The position numbers and the translations under genes are program-made. The notes below the pieces were generated by a model, which had not been told where the DNA came from, did not search any database, and was given only the letters and a program-made list of their open reading frames with translations. Source: Candidatus Heimdallarchaeota archaeon (GTDB lineage: Archaea > Asgardarchaeota > Heimdallarchaeia > Heimdallarchaeales > Heimdallarchaeaceae). From it: a stretch of DNA of 64,000 bases. Numbering within the stretch: the first letter of the stretch is position 1; every line of letters begins with the position of its first letter. The stretch spans positions 224,001-288,000 of the forward strand of contig JAUVXV010000003.1 of assembly GCA_030603365.1 (NCBI GenBank). Direction: 5' to 3'. Shown piece after piece: positions 8,383 through 18,220 of this stretch.

Positions 8383-9963
8383 ATGTCAGATCAAACGCTA
8401 TCGATAGATGCTAGAAAACAACGAATTACAGCTCTTGCAATTATCTCTCTTTCATCCTTTGTTAGTGCTTTTATGGGTTCTGCATTTTCAGTTGCAGGAC
8501 CAGAGATGACAGATGATAGAAGTCTTCACTATGTTCCTGGGCTTGATGAAGCAGGAATGGGGTGGATTATCACAATTTATATTCTAGCAACAGCTATGCT
8601 TCAGATTCCCTTTGGTAAAATATCTGACAATTATGGTAGGAAAAAAATCTATCTTATAGGTACAATAATTTTTACTGCTTCTGCCTTGGCTTTAGGGTTT
8701 ATGAATAATGAAACAACCCTGGTTATCTTTCGATTTATTCAAGGATGTGGATCAGCTCTGGTTTTTGCTACTGGCACAGCAATATTAACTTCAATTTACC
8801 CACAAGAAGAGAGAGGGAAAGCTTTTGGAATAAACATAGGATTTGTATATTTAGGATTGACAGTGGGACCTTCACTAGGTGGTGTTATAGTTGAATTTTT
8901 GGGGTGGCAAGCGATATTTTTCAGCGTTGTTCCATTTGGGGTTATCATTGCTTTTCTTGTTGTTTTTGTTCTAAAAGGTGAATGGAAAAATGAAGAAAAG
9001 GAAAAAATAGATTATATAGGAGCATTAATTTATATCGTAACTCTGTTCCTTCTACTCTACGGTTTTAGATCTATCAATACAAGCTATGGCTACTATTTAA
9101 TTGGAGCATCCATTATAACTCTGATAGTTTTCATTTTTTGGGAAAGAAAGGTAGAAGTACCAATTTTGGAATTGAGACTGTTTAAAAAGAATAAATTTTT
9201 TACATTTGCAAATTTGTCAGCATTTCTTTTTTATACTGCTACATCCTCAACAGCACTTCTGTTGAATTATTATCTCCAAGATATCCTCTTTCTTTCAGTA
9301 TCCATGGCTGGGTTGATTCTCCTAGCTAGACCAATTGCACAAGCTATTTTATCCCCTATAGGTGGGCGTTTATCTGATAAAATTGAACATAGAACAATTA
9401 CTACAGTAGGTGTAGCAATGGGATTGATTGGATTATCACTACTAGTTTCAATTAACCAGCACACCTCCATAATATTAGTTATTTTCGGGTTGCTCTTTGG
9501 AGGAATTGGTTTTGGATTATTCTCCTCACCGAATGCAAATTCTATTATGAGTTCAGTATCAAGAAGAATGTATGGTATGGCTTCAGCTTTGGTAGGAACT
9601 ATGAGAACAATAGGTCAATCCATAAGTTTGGGTTTTGCTACTCTCATGTTTTCAGTAATACTTGGAAGGCCAAATAATTCTCCAATAGTTGAATTTAAAC
9701 GAAATATTTTTTCACCAGTAGTTGGAAAAATGAGTTTCTTTCCTACATTTCCTAATTTTAGAAATTTATATTTTCCACCAGCTTTTCCTGAACATTTATC
9801 TTTATCTCAACATAATCAACTATTACTATTAAGCATTAAAATTGCATTCTTTGTTTCTATTGGAATGTGTATTCTGGCTCTCTTCTCTTCATATTTAAGG
9901 GGAAAAATCAATTTTAAAACTAATAATTCATTGAACCAAAAAGATAAATCAGCAAATGATTAA
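8383..9963 (+). CDS. MFS transporter, DHA2 (14-TMS) drug:H+ antiporter family
   Basis: GKISDNYGRK motif A, ERGKAFG, GPSLGG, GGRLSDK, ~14 hydrophobic segments. Confidence 0.9.
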   Translation: MSDQTLSIDARKQRITALAIISLSSFVSAFMGSAFSVAGPEMTDDRSLHYVPGLDEAGMGWIITIYILATAMLQIPFGKISDNYGRKKIYLIGTIIFTASALALGFMNNETTLVIFRFIQGCGSALVFATGTAILTSIYPQEERGKAFGINIGFVYLGLTVGPSLGGVIVEFLGWQAIFFSVVPFGVIIAFLVVFVLKGEWKNEEKEKIDYIGALIYIVTLFLLLYGFRSINTSYGYYLIGASIITLIVFIFWERKVEVPILELRLFKKNKFFTFANLSAFLFYTATSSTALLLNYYLQDILFLSVSMAGLILLARPIAQAILSPIGGRLSDKIEHRTITTVGVAMGLIGLSLLVSINQHTSIILVIFGLLFGGIGFGLFSSPNANSIMSSVSRRMYGMASALVGTMRTIGQSISLGFATLMFSVILGRPNNSPIVEFKRNIFSPVVGKMSFFPTFPNFRNLYFPPAFPEHLSLSQHNQLLLLSIKIAFFVSIGMCILALFSSYLRGKINFKTNNSLNQKDKSAND

Positions 9964-10099
9964 AATTGAGGTCCTTTTTCAAATCTTTTTCTCACTTTGT
10001 TTGATATCTCATTGTCTATCTTTTTCTGGAGTTATTGTAGTAGATTCATCGTCAGATGTGAATACAATTGATGAATAAAAGTTGTTGAAAAACTCTCTG

Positions 10100-10978
10100 C
10101 TAAAGTTTTGTTGCTAACAATTCTAAAACATCTGAATCTTTTTCTGTCTTTAATAAATTTTCAAGAACATATTGAACATCCTGATCATCTAGTAAGATTA
10201 ATTTCTTTAGAATCTCAATTCGAATTTCATTATTCTTCTCTACTTGTAATTGTTTTGTAATGGTAAACAAAATGTCTTTATTTTCAGTTTTTTGTAGAAG
10301 ATAATATAGTAGTAACTTTCTAGTTTCCATATCGGGTTTCAGCTTGAAAAGATATAGAAAAACTTCTTGAATGTAAATATTATTAATTTGGTCACTTAGA
10401 ACTCTTATCATCCAGAGTCTAATTTTTCTCGATTTTTCAACGAACTTAATTCTTTTGATAAAAATATCTTGAATTTCTCTATCATGTATGATAGGTCTCA
10501 ATGTCCAGACTGTCCAAAGTCGAACTTTAGGGGAAATATCATCCAGTTTCTTTATCAAAAGATTTCTAATGTCACTATTTTCAATTAGGTCACCCAAATT
10601 AGAAATTGCTTTTGCTCTGCATAATGGGTAGTTGTCATCTTCAGCAATATCAATCAAGATCTCTTGGATTTTAGAATGATGCAATTGTTTTGTTAAACTA
10701 TCTACAATTTTAGCTCTTTCTTTATTTTTACCTGTGGATTTGTACTTATAAATTAAATCATCAATTTCGGAATCAGTAATTTCTTTTACTATTTCTTGCT
10801 TTATATTTTCTTCCACTATCTTTTCTAGTTCCAATTTTTTAATTGTGTCAATTTCATCTTTTTTTTCATTCTCTCTTGTTTTCTCTTCTTCTTCTGTCTT
10901 TTCTATCAAGATTTCAACCTTATCTCTATCAGATTCATGATTATTGTCAGACAATCCAATCCATAAAGTATTGTTCAT
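10100..10978 (-). CDS. HEAT-repeat protein
   Basis: Repeats such as DDNYPLCRAKAISNLG, DDISPKVRLWTVWTL, EKNNEIRIEIL; start moved to M17 to avoid overlap with the divergent gene. Confidence 0.75.
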   Translation of the reverse strand: MNNTLWIGLSDNNHESDRDKVEILIEKTEEEEKTRENEKKDEIDTIKKLELEKIVEENIKQEIVKEITDSEIDDLIYKYKSTGKNKERAKIVDSLTKQLHHSKIQEILIDIAEDDNYPLCRAKAISNLGDLIENSDIRNLLIKKLDDISPKVRLWTVWTLRPIIHDREIQDIFIKRIKFVEKSRKIRLWMIRVLSDQINNIYIQEVFLYLFKLKPDMETRKLLLYYLLQKTENKDILFTITKQLQVEKNNEIRIEILKKLILLDDQDVQYVLENLLKTEKDSDVLELLATKL

Positions 10979-11042
10979 GGCGCTTAAAAAACGTATCATT
11001 TCATTAGAAGAGCTTAAAAGTAACAATTATTCATTCTTGATT

Positions 11043-11681
11043 ATGGGTTATAAAATTGAATTGGAAGTATCTGGAGCTCTTAGAACAAATACTTACCTTC
11101 TTTACGATGAACAAACCAAAGAAGCAGCTCTTTTTGATGTTGGAGGAAAAATAAAAAAATTGCTTCAAATAATAAAGGATGAACAGCTTGAAGTAAAATA
11201 TATCTTTTGCACACATCTTCATTTTGATCATGCTCAAGGAGTAGACAAGGTCAGAAAGCTCTTTCCAGAAGCTAAACTTGCTTTTCATGAAAAAGAACTT
11301 GCAGTTCTAGAAAATTGTGGTCCTTTCGCCAAAATGTTTGGATTTAATCCTAAATCGCTTGGAACTTGTGATTTTTTTCTTAAGGATGACGAAGTTCATA
11401 AATTAGGCAATATAGATTTGAAGACAATACTTGCTCCAGGACATACTCCAGGTAGCATCTGTTTCTATTTCGAAGATTCTTTAATTTCTGGAGATGTACT
11501 GTTCTGCAGAGGTGTTGGTAGAACAGATCTTTATGGTGGCTCATATGAAACTTTGCTATCCTCTTTAAGCAAACTATACGAACTACCTGAATCAACAAAA
11601 GTTTACCCAGGACATGGGGAATTCACGAATATAGGGGATGAAAAGGAAGAGAACCCATTTTTCTCAATACATGATATTTGA
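11043..11681 (+). CDS. MBL-fold metallo-hydrolase (glyoxalase II-like)
   Basis: THLHFDH, PGHTPG, SGDVLF, GRTDL, YPGHG motifs; start MGYKIE. Confidence 0.92.
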   Translation: MGYKIELEVSGALRTNTYLLYDEQTKEAALFDVGGKIKKLLQIIKDEQLEVKYIFCTHLHFDHAQGVDKVRKLFPEAKLAFHEKELAVLENCGPFAKMFGFNPKSLGTCDFFLKDDEVHKLGNIDLKTILAPGHTPGSICFYFEDSLISGDVLFCRGVGRTDLYGGSYETLLSSLSKLYELPESTKVYPGHGEFTNIGDEKEENPFFSIHDI

Positions 11682-11685
11682 TGAA

Positions 11686-12345
11686 TTATCCGTTACTGAT
11701 AATTTTCTCTATTTTTTCTTTTATCTGAATGAAATTAGTGAAAGTAATTAATCTCTCATCTTCCTCAAGTTTGTTAGCTAAGTCTTCATTCTCTCTGGCA
11801 AAAACAATATCAGCTAATTCATTCGCAGGAAAAATATCAGAAAGACCATCTCCAATGTAGATAATTTTGGTATCGTTTTTCTTTAACTCCTGTACGTGAG
11901 AATATTTACAGTTTGCACAATCATGCTCGCACTTTTCTGTTAAGAAATCAATCTTAATTTTACCATTTTCTAATTTCATATCATTTGCTTTGATCTCAAG
12001 GTTTTGATCATTTATCTGGTGATTTTGCAATATTTTTTTGATATATGTTTTGAAACCGTCTGATAAAATAAGAAACATAAGATCTTTTTTCCTGACCCAT
12101 TTGTAAAAATCTTTGAACGTTGGATCAATCTCGATTCTATTTACTATTGAGTTAATTTCATCCATAGATGTAGAATCAATCATCCCCCATTGTTTAACTA
12201 AGGCTGCCCTTGTGCCAATTTCACCATTTATTACTAACTCATCATAGTATTGCCAATTTTTATCAGTGAGATTTGTGAGAAGCTCTTTTCCAGTGTCTTT
12301 TAGAGTTATTGTACCATCAAAATCGCAACAGATTATATAGTTCAT
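11686..12345 (-). CDS. HAD-superfamily phosphatase, MtnX/phosphoserine phosphatase-like
   Basis: DFDGTIT motif I, LSDG motif II, CK, YIGDGLSD motif IV. Confidence 0.85.
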   Translation of the reverse strand: MNYIICCDFDGTITLKDTGKELLTNLTDKNWQYYDELVINGEIGTRAALVKQWGMIDSTSMDEINSIVNRIEIDPTFKDFYKWVRKKDLMFLILSDGFKTYIKKILQNHQINDQNLEIKANDMKLENGKIKIDFLTEKCEHDCANCKYSHVQELKKNDTKIIYIGDGLSDIFPANELADIVFARENEDLANKLEEDERLITFTNFIQIKEKIEKIISNG

Positions 12346-12456
12346 TGAAAAAAAATGTAAAAATACACAGAAAAACCTTACTGTTTCATCCTTTGTTACT
12401 TATTTGGTTAGTTATATATATGTTAAAGATGTGAATTTGAATTAGAGGTGTAAACC

Positions 12457-13824
12457 ATCGAAACACTCGAATCTTTAATGAAAATTGCTAATGAGCAAGG
12501 AACATCCTATGCTGACATCAGGTCTGGGAAAACAATTATAAAGAACATTATAGCAAAGAATGGTCAGATTGTTGATGAGAAGAATTGCATAAATTCAGGA
12601 TATGGAATCAGGATGCTCTCGGAGGGTATTGAAACATTTTCTTCAATACCAAATCCTAAATTTGCTGAGAAAGAAATTAAGAAAGCAATTAGTGTTTCGA
12701 AGTTACTAACGAATTGGAAAAAGGGAATATCAGATTTAGCTGATGCTCCGGTTTCTGAAGCAAATGTTGTGAGGAAACCAAAAATAGATTGGGAAACATT
12801 GGATAAAATAGATCTTGAAGAAAAAATAAAGGATCTTAATGTCTTCATTGATGAATTTCTCAAAGTAGAGAGTGAAGTTGAAACAGATATTCAACTAATT
12901 AAATGGTCAGAAAGATTTGTTAATTCAGATGGTTCTGATGTTTATCAAGAATTTCCTTATATTATACTTACACTTACAGGTAGAATTTTTAAAAATTCTC
13001 ACCAGGTTAAATATTACAAATCTTACGGAGGAATGGGAGGCATTGAAATTCTTCCATTTGATAATCCTGAGGAAACTCTAAGCTTTATTGAAGTAATTAA
13101 TAACCTTCCTCAAGCTTCTATAGTTAAAACTGGCTTGTATAATTCCGTTTTAAGTGAAGATATGGCATGGACTTTGAACCACGAAGTTTTTGGGCATTCA
13201 CTTGAAGCTGACAATGTTCTATCTGGAAGATCTTTCAGTAGCGGATTGATGGGAATGAAGATTGCACCTACAATTATTAGTGTGATTGATGACCCCTATA
13301 TAGAATCTCTAGGATACTATGAATTCGATTCTGAAGGAGTAAAAGGAAGAGGTACTTTACTTGTTGATGAAGGTATTCTAACTGATTTCCTCCAAAGTAG
13401 AATAACAGCATCTGCTATGGGAACTGAATCAAGTTCCAATTATAGAGCATATAACTTTGAGTATCTACCTCAAGTTAGAATGAGTAACTTCTTCTTTGAA
13501 CCAAAAGATTTCTCTGAAGAAGAACTTCTTGAACATGTTAAAAATGGTCTTTACATAGGAGATGGATTAGGAGGTTCGTCAGAACCACAAACAGGAGAAT
13601 ACAATCTAGATGCTCAATATGGTAGAGAAATAGTCGATGGAGAATTAGGAAATTATATTTTGCAATTTCAAGTAAGCGGTCGAATGCTAGAAACATTGTC
13701 AAAAATAGAATGCATAAGTAATAAAATTCTTGCACAACCAGGGAGCTGTGTTAAAAATAACCAACGAGTATTTGTAGGTTCTATTGGACCCAAAATAACA
13801 GTGAATGAGATGAGGGTGAGCTAA
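12457..13824 (+). CDS. tldD: TldD metalloprotease (possible ATC start at 12457; first ATG at 12478)
   Basis: YADIR N-terminus, HEVFGHSLEAD (HExxxH), FDSEG, PQVRMSN, GSCVK. Confidence 0.9.
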   Translation: METLESLMKIANEQGTSYADIRSGKTIIKNIIAKNGQIVDEKNCINSGYGIRMLSEGIETFSSIPNPKFAEKEIKKAISVSKLLTNWKKGISDLADAPVSEANVVRKPKIDWETLDKIDLEEKIKDLNVFIDEFLKVESEVETDIQLIKWSERFVNSDGSDVYQEFPYIILTLTGRIFKNSHQVKYYKSYGGMGGIEILPFDNPEETLSFIEVINNLPQASIVKTGLYNSVLSEDMAWTLNHEVFGHSLEADNVLSGRSFSSGLMGMKIAPTIISVIDDPYIESLGYYEFDSEGVKGRGTLLVDEGILTDFLQSRITASAMGTESSSNYRAYNFEYLPQVRMSNFFFEPKDFSEEELLEHVKNGLYIGDGLGGSSEPQTGEYNLDAQYGREIVDGELGNYILQFQVSGRMLETLSKIECISNKILAQPGSCVKNNQRVFVGSIGPKITVNEMRVS

Positions 13825-15179
13825 TGTATACAGATGAGGAAATTAAAGACTTAGCTGCTAAAGTTCTAAAGAAATTAGAACAAAAACTAAATCTAGCTGA
13901 AGCTGAGGTTTACATTCAATCTCTTTCTCACATGTTAGGAGGAAATGAATATAGAACACCCAAAGTATTTCAATCCATCAACAGAGAAGGATGCGCTATC
14001 AGATATTATAAAGATAACAGGCTTTATTTTGCATGTTTTCCCTTAAGAACTGTTTTATCTGACATCGACAAAATAACTTCAGTTACAACATTTCCAATTA
14101 TATGTAAGAAGTTTGAGTTCCCTGAAATAAAAATGGCTCCTACTGAAATTTCTAAGATTTATGATAAAAGAATAGCTTCGATGAATGAAGAAGAAATATA
14201 CACTCTTTCTTACTCTATGAGTAACGCAGATGAGACTATGGAAGATATAATTCTAGATGGATCTATAAGATTATCACTAGAAAGAAAAGCAATTGCTAAT
14301 ACAACACATTCTATTGCTTTTGAGAAAAGCACTTGGTGTGATATTGATTTACGTGCTCTTTATCGTGGCTACAACATGATTTCTAGTGCTGAAAAACATC
14401 TAACAAGTAGACAAATTCCTAGTTCTGTTTCAAGTATTGCAGAAGATCTAGTGAATGAAACCATTCGTAGATCGACCTTGAACGAAAATATGTCAGATTT
14501 AGATATACCCGTAATTTTTTCACCTATGGCTTTATCACAGATTTTTTCTTTTACTGTTGTTCCCAAATTAATAGTTAAAGAGGATCAAACACTTCCAAAT
14601 ATGGAATTTTCAGAAGATTTCAATTTAGTCGATGATGGTACAGTTCCAGGACTACCAAATTCAACAGCTTTTGATGATGAAGGTATAAGTCAATCTAAAA
14701 CTCAAATTATAAGAAATGGTAGTTTTGTTTCAGCTCTAAATAACAGTCAAAATACTCGAGGTTCTGAAGAACGTACTGGTAATTCATTTAGAGTGAAAAT
14801 GTTTGAAGTTTTTCCTAGAAACTATCAAGCTTATCCTGAAATTTTTCCTTCAAATCTAATTGTAGGAGAAGGAACAGTATCGTTGGAGGAATACTTAGAA
14901 GAAACCAAAGAATGTATTTTGATCAACTCCACTCATGGATACATGACAGCTGACTACCATTCTGGTACTTTTAAAATATCTGCTAATGATGCTTATCGAG
15001 TGGAAAATGGAACCATAGCTGGAGCATTACCTACTTTTGATGTTATTGGGAATATGTTTGAAGTTTTGCAGAATAATCCTGTTTTTCTCAAAGACAGAAA
15101 AGTTGTTCGTCCTGTAAACACTCCTTACAGTATTTTGACACCTTTTATTGCAACTGAAGAAACAACTATATTCCCATAA
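13824..15179 (+). CDS. pmbA: TldE/PmbA partner subunit
   Basis: AEVY, FDDEG, TGNS, PSNL, no HExxxH; TAATG overlap with tldD. Confidence 0.85.
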   Translation: MYTDEEIKDLAAKVLKKLEQKLNLAEAEVYIQSLSHMLGGNEYRTPKVFQSINREGCAIRYYKDNRLYFACFPLRTVLSDIDKITSVTTFPIICKKFEFPEIKMAPTEISKIYDKRIASMNEEEIYTLSYSMSNADETMEDIILDGSIRLSLERKAIANTTHSIAFEKSTWCDIDLRALYRGYNMISSAEKHLTSRQIPSSVSSIAEDLVNETIRRSTLNENMSDLDIPVIFSPMALSQIFSFTVVPKLIVKEDQTLPNMEFSEDFNLVDDGTVPGLPNSTAFDDEGISQSKTQIIRNGSFVSALNNSQNTRGSEERTGNSFRVKMFEVFPRNYQAYPEIFPSNLIVGEGTVSLEEYLEETKECILINSTHGYMTADYHSGTFKISANDAYRVENGTIAGALPTFDVIGNMFEVLQNNPVFLKDRKVVRPVNTPYSILTPFIATEETTIFP

Positions 15180-15272
15180 ATTACTATTTCAGTCTATTTA
15201 GGAAAAACCAGTTCGAAAAAGTTTAAAAATGCAGATGATTTCCGAAAACTAAAAGAAACACCTCAATATTCG

Positions 15273-16766
15273 GTGATATCATATATGAAAAAACAATTCT
15301 TTATACCTTTGATTCTACTTACACTTTTGTGTAGTGTCAATTTTATCTCAACAAGTATGAGTAAATTAGATGATAATCAAACTTTTCAACCAGAACTGAA
15401 TGCAGGTATTAGACCTGTTTTTGCAGGAACTGATGAGAATGCAACAGAAGTTTACTCAAGACATCCAACTATTCAAAGGGGAGCATTATATCAAGCAGAT
15501 ATTTATGATAATGTTACTTTCTGGTATACATATCAAGGAGGAGATAACAATTCAGCACCTTTTCTTTTCATAGATGATGGGAATGATACATACAATCCAG
15601 AAGGAGAACGTATGCAATTTGATGAAGCAAAAACAGTCATAGAATCTGATGGCTCTGCTTATTATAACTTTACATTTAATATGACTTCAAACTTCTTCGC
15701 ATTTAGAGCACGTTATGGAGAATTTGAAGATGATTTCGGTCTTTATAATATTATAACCGCCGATGAAACATGGGTAAGGTCTTTCTTCTGGGAATCATAT
15801 TATACACAGTTGGAAGATATCAATATGAATTTGACAATATACAACTACAATATTACTGGATATGGTTTCAAATATAGAGATGTTTCTGAAAATTATGATG
15901 GTGATTTTGAAAATATTACTGTTTCGTTAGATGTAGGAGGAGAAGAAAGAACTCTCAATGAATCCTTCTCTCACTCATTTGATAGTGAAACTCTTGTACA
16001 AGTTCAGGCCTTTATAATTCAACGTGACAATATGACAGGAACAAATAGAACATTCAGTGAAAATTGGATAAATGTCTTTACAGTTGCTGATGCAACACCT
16101 GTAATTGAACTGGTAGTTCCTAAATACACAAATGTGTTAAATGTAAGCCTTAAATGGAATACTACAGTACTAAATGGAAACATAACCGCCTTCGAGATTG
16201 ACTGGGGTGATTTATCTGGAATTCAAATAATTAATATTTCAGATCACAATTACAACCATGTGTATGCTAGTGTAGGTGAGTATAATATCACAGCATTTGC
16301 TTATGCAAATTTCTTGGTTTCAAATGAGACTGTAACTGTTTTAATAGAACAGATCAATCCTATTGGGAGCGTAAAAATCATATCTCCAACAGGTGTAATT
16401 CTTATACCAAACTCCACATATGTGCACCAAATTATAGTTGAAACAAAACAACTGGATTTCATACTTAATGGAAGCGATTCTGGAGGAAGTGGTATCGAGA
16501 GAATAATTCTATCAACCGATGAAGGAAATGCTGTAGAACTAGGTGAAGACGGAGTAGTGACTATTCATTTCATGGAACTGGGACATCGAACATTGACTAT
16601 TACTGTAATAGATCTAGCAGGAAATGAGTTTAGCGATTCATTTGTAATCTTTCTAGAGCTGAAAGAACTTCCTGGTGATCATCCAGTACCTTTCCCATTT
16701 GGAATAACTACAGTAATTGGTTTCGTTTCAATTGCAGTATTCTTGTATCTAAGAAAGAAGAAATAA
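15273..16766 (+). CDS. Secreted cell-surface glycoprotein with PKD-like domain and C-terminal membrane anchor
   Basis: Signal peptide; IDWGD...HVYASVGEYNITA PKD-like motif; many N-x-S/T sequons; PVPFPF-TM-RKKK tail. Confidence 0.8.
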   Translation: MISYMKKQFFIPLILLTLLCSVNFISTSMSKLDDNQTFQPELNAGIRPVFAGTDENATEVYSRHPTIQRGALYQADIYDNVTFWYTYQGGDNNSAPFLFIDDGNDTYNPEGERMQFDEAKTVIESDGSAYYNFTFNMTSNFFAFRARYGEFEDDFGLYNIITADETWVRSFFWESYYTQLEDINMNLTIYNYNITGYGFKYRDVSENYDGDFENITVSLDVGGEERTLNESFSHSFDSETLVQVQAFIIQRDNMTGTNRTFSENWINVFTVADATPVIELVVPKYTNVLNVSLKWNTTVLNGNITAFEIDWGDLSGIQIINISDHNYNHVYASVGEYNITAFAYANFLVSNETVTVLIEQINPIGSVKIISPTGVILIPNSTYVHQIIVETKQLDFILNGSDSGGSGIERIILSTDEGNAVELGEDGVVTIHFMELGHRTLTITVIDLAGNEFSDSFVIFLELKELPGDHPVPFPFGITTVIGFVSIAVFLYLRKKK

Positions 16767-16826
16767 CTTCTTTTCTTTTTCCATTTCTTTTTGAAATATT
16801 CATTTAATACAGAAAAATAGAGTAAA

Positions 16827-16845
16827 AGAGATGAAATTCATCTCT
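16827..16845. terminator. Inverted repeat between convergent genes
   Basis: AGAGATGAA-A-TTCATCTCT, with T-tracts nearby (16767-16790). Confidence 0.35.
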
Positions 16846-16871
16846 CATACCTATTGTTAACTTAATAGTTT

Positions 16872-17258
16872 TTATTCTTTCCAAGCGGTTGCAGAAATCT
16901 CAATATCTACATCTTTTGGTAATCTTTGTGCTTCAAAAGCTACCCTAGCAGGTGGATCTTCAACAAAATACTTAGCAAATATTTCGTTCATCTTGGAAAA
17001 TTGTTCCATATCTTTCAAATAGACTCTGCATCTAACAACATCTGAAAGAGTATAACCAGCTTCTAATACTATTGCTTTAATATTTTCAAGAACTTGTTTT
17101 GTTGCTGCTTGGATATCTCCGTAAATGATTTCACCAGTTTCTGGATTAGCAGGAATTTGACCGGCAACATACAAAAAATTACCAGCTTGAATTGCTTGGG
17201 AATAGGGTCCTACGGGAGCTGGAGCTTTGTCAGTTAAAATAACTTTTTTTGAAGTCAT
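16872..17258 (-). CDS. ridA: RidA/YjgF family reactive-imine deaminase
   Basis: [29 protein letters not shown]; start MTSKK. Confidence 0.93.
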   Translation of the reverse strand: MTSKKVILTDKAPAPVGPYSQAIQAGNFLYVAGQIPANPETGEIIYGDIQAATKQVLENIKAIVLEAGYTLSDVVRCRVYLKDMEQFSKMNEIFAKYFVEDPPARVAFEAQRLPKDVDIEISATAWKE

Positions 17259-17295
17259 AGTTAAACGGAAACCATACTCAACATAAAGTTTTGCC

Positions 17296-18183
17296 TTAGG
17301 ATTTTCTAGACCATATCTCAAGAATTCTGAAAATCAACCCAACTCCAAAATTTAATGCTGTTCTGTTTTTTCTGCTATAACTGACTTCAACAAAATCAAC
17401 ATATTTGGTCTTTGGAAGTAGAATATTCAAAATATCTACCAATATATTAGGAGTTATTCCAAAAGGTTCTTTTGTTGCTACAGTCGGAACAAAAGCTTGG
17501 TCCAAAGCATCAGCATCTATGCTTAGGTAGATTGTTCTAAAATTAGATGAAAAATCCTTAATTTTGTTTAAACATTCTTCTTTATCTTCAAACAATTTTT
17601 GTGTTGCGATATAATTTGTAACTTTATCGTTTTGTATTTTTCGAAATTCATTAGATGTTAAAGTATAAGCATGTCCTCCTATGAATAGCATCTGTTCTTT
17701 CTTTAATTGTAGCTCTTCCTTCAAATTTGTAAATACTGTTCCGTGAGATTTGAATATGCCTGGAGGATATTCGTCTGCTAAATCAGAGTGAGCATCAATC
17801 CAAACTAGAGCAGTGTCATTATTCCATGGTGCATTGATAATAGTATCATATGTTATACTATGATCTCCTCCCAGAACTAGAATCTTTGAATTTGTTTTAA
17901 TGGCTTTTTCCCAGATTTCTTTTATATATTTTTTCTGTTTAATCGGGTGTACATTCCCTAAATCATAGAAACTTGTTTTCTCCTCAATAATATTGAAGTC
18001 TGTAGAAATCCCGCTGAATTCAAGAGATTGTTTTCTCAAAGCATCTGGAGCTTTTTTTGAACCTCCTTTGGTTGCTTTAACTCTTTCAAATGGTATACCG
18101 AATAGCAATACAGATTCTTTTTTTTCTATTGATTCAACATTGTCAGCTTTAAAAAAGCCTATGAAAGTATTTTTCATTTTCAA
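17296..18183 (-). CDS. speB: Agmatinase / arginase-family ureohydrolase
   Basis: [25 protein letters not shown] motifs. Confidence 0.85.
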   Translation of the reverse strand: MKMKNTFIGFFKADNVESIEKKESVLLFGIPFERVKATKGGSKKAPDALRKQSLEFSGISTDFNIIEEKTSFYDLGNVHPIKQKKYIKEIWEKAIKTNSKILVLGGDHSITYDTIINAPWNNDTALVWIDAHSDLADEYPPGIFKSHGTVFTNLKEELQLKKEQMLFIGGHAYTLTSNEFRKIQNDKVTNYIATQKLFEDKEECLNKIKDFSSNFRTIYLSIDADALDQAFVPTVATKEPFGITPNILVDILNILLPKTKYVDFVEVSYSRKNRTALNFGVGLIFRILEIWSRKS

Positions 18184-18220
18184 ATATTAGATTTAAACCA
18201 TCAAATAAATCTTTTTTGTT

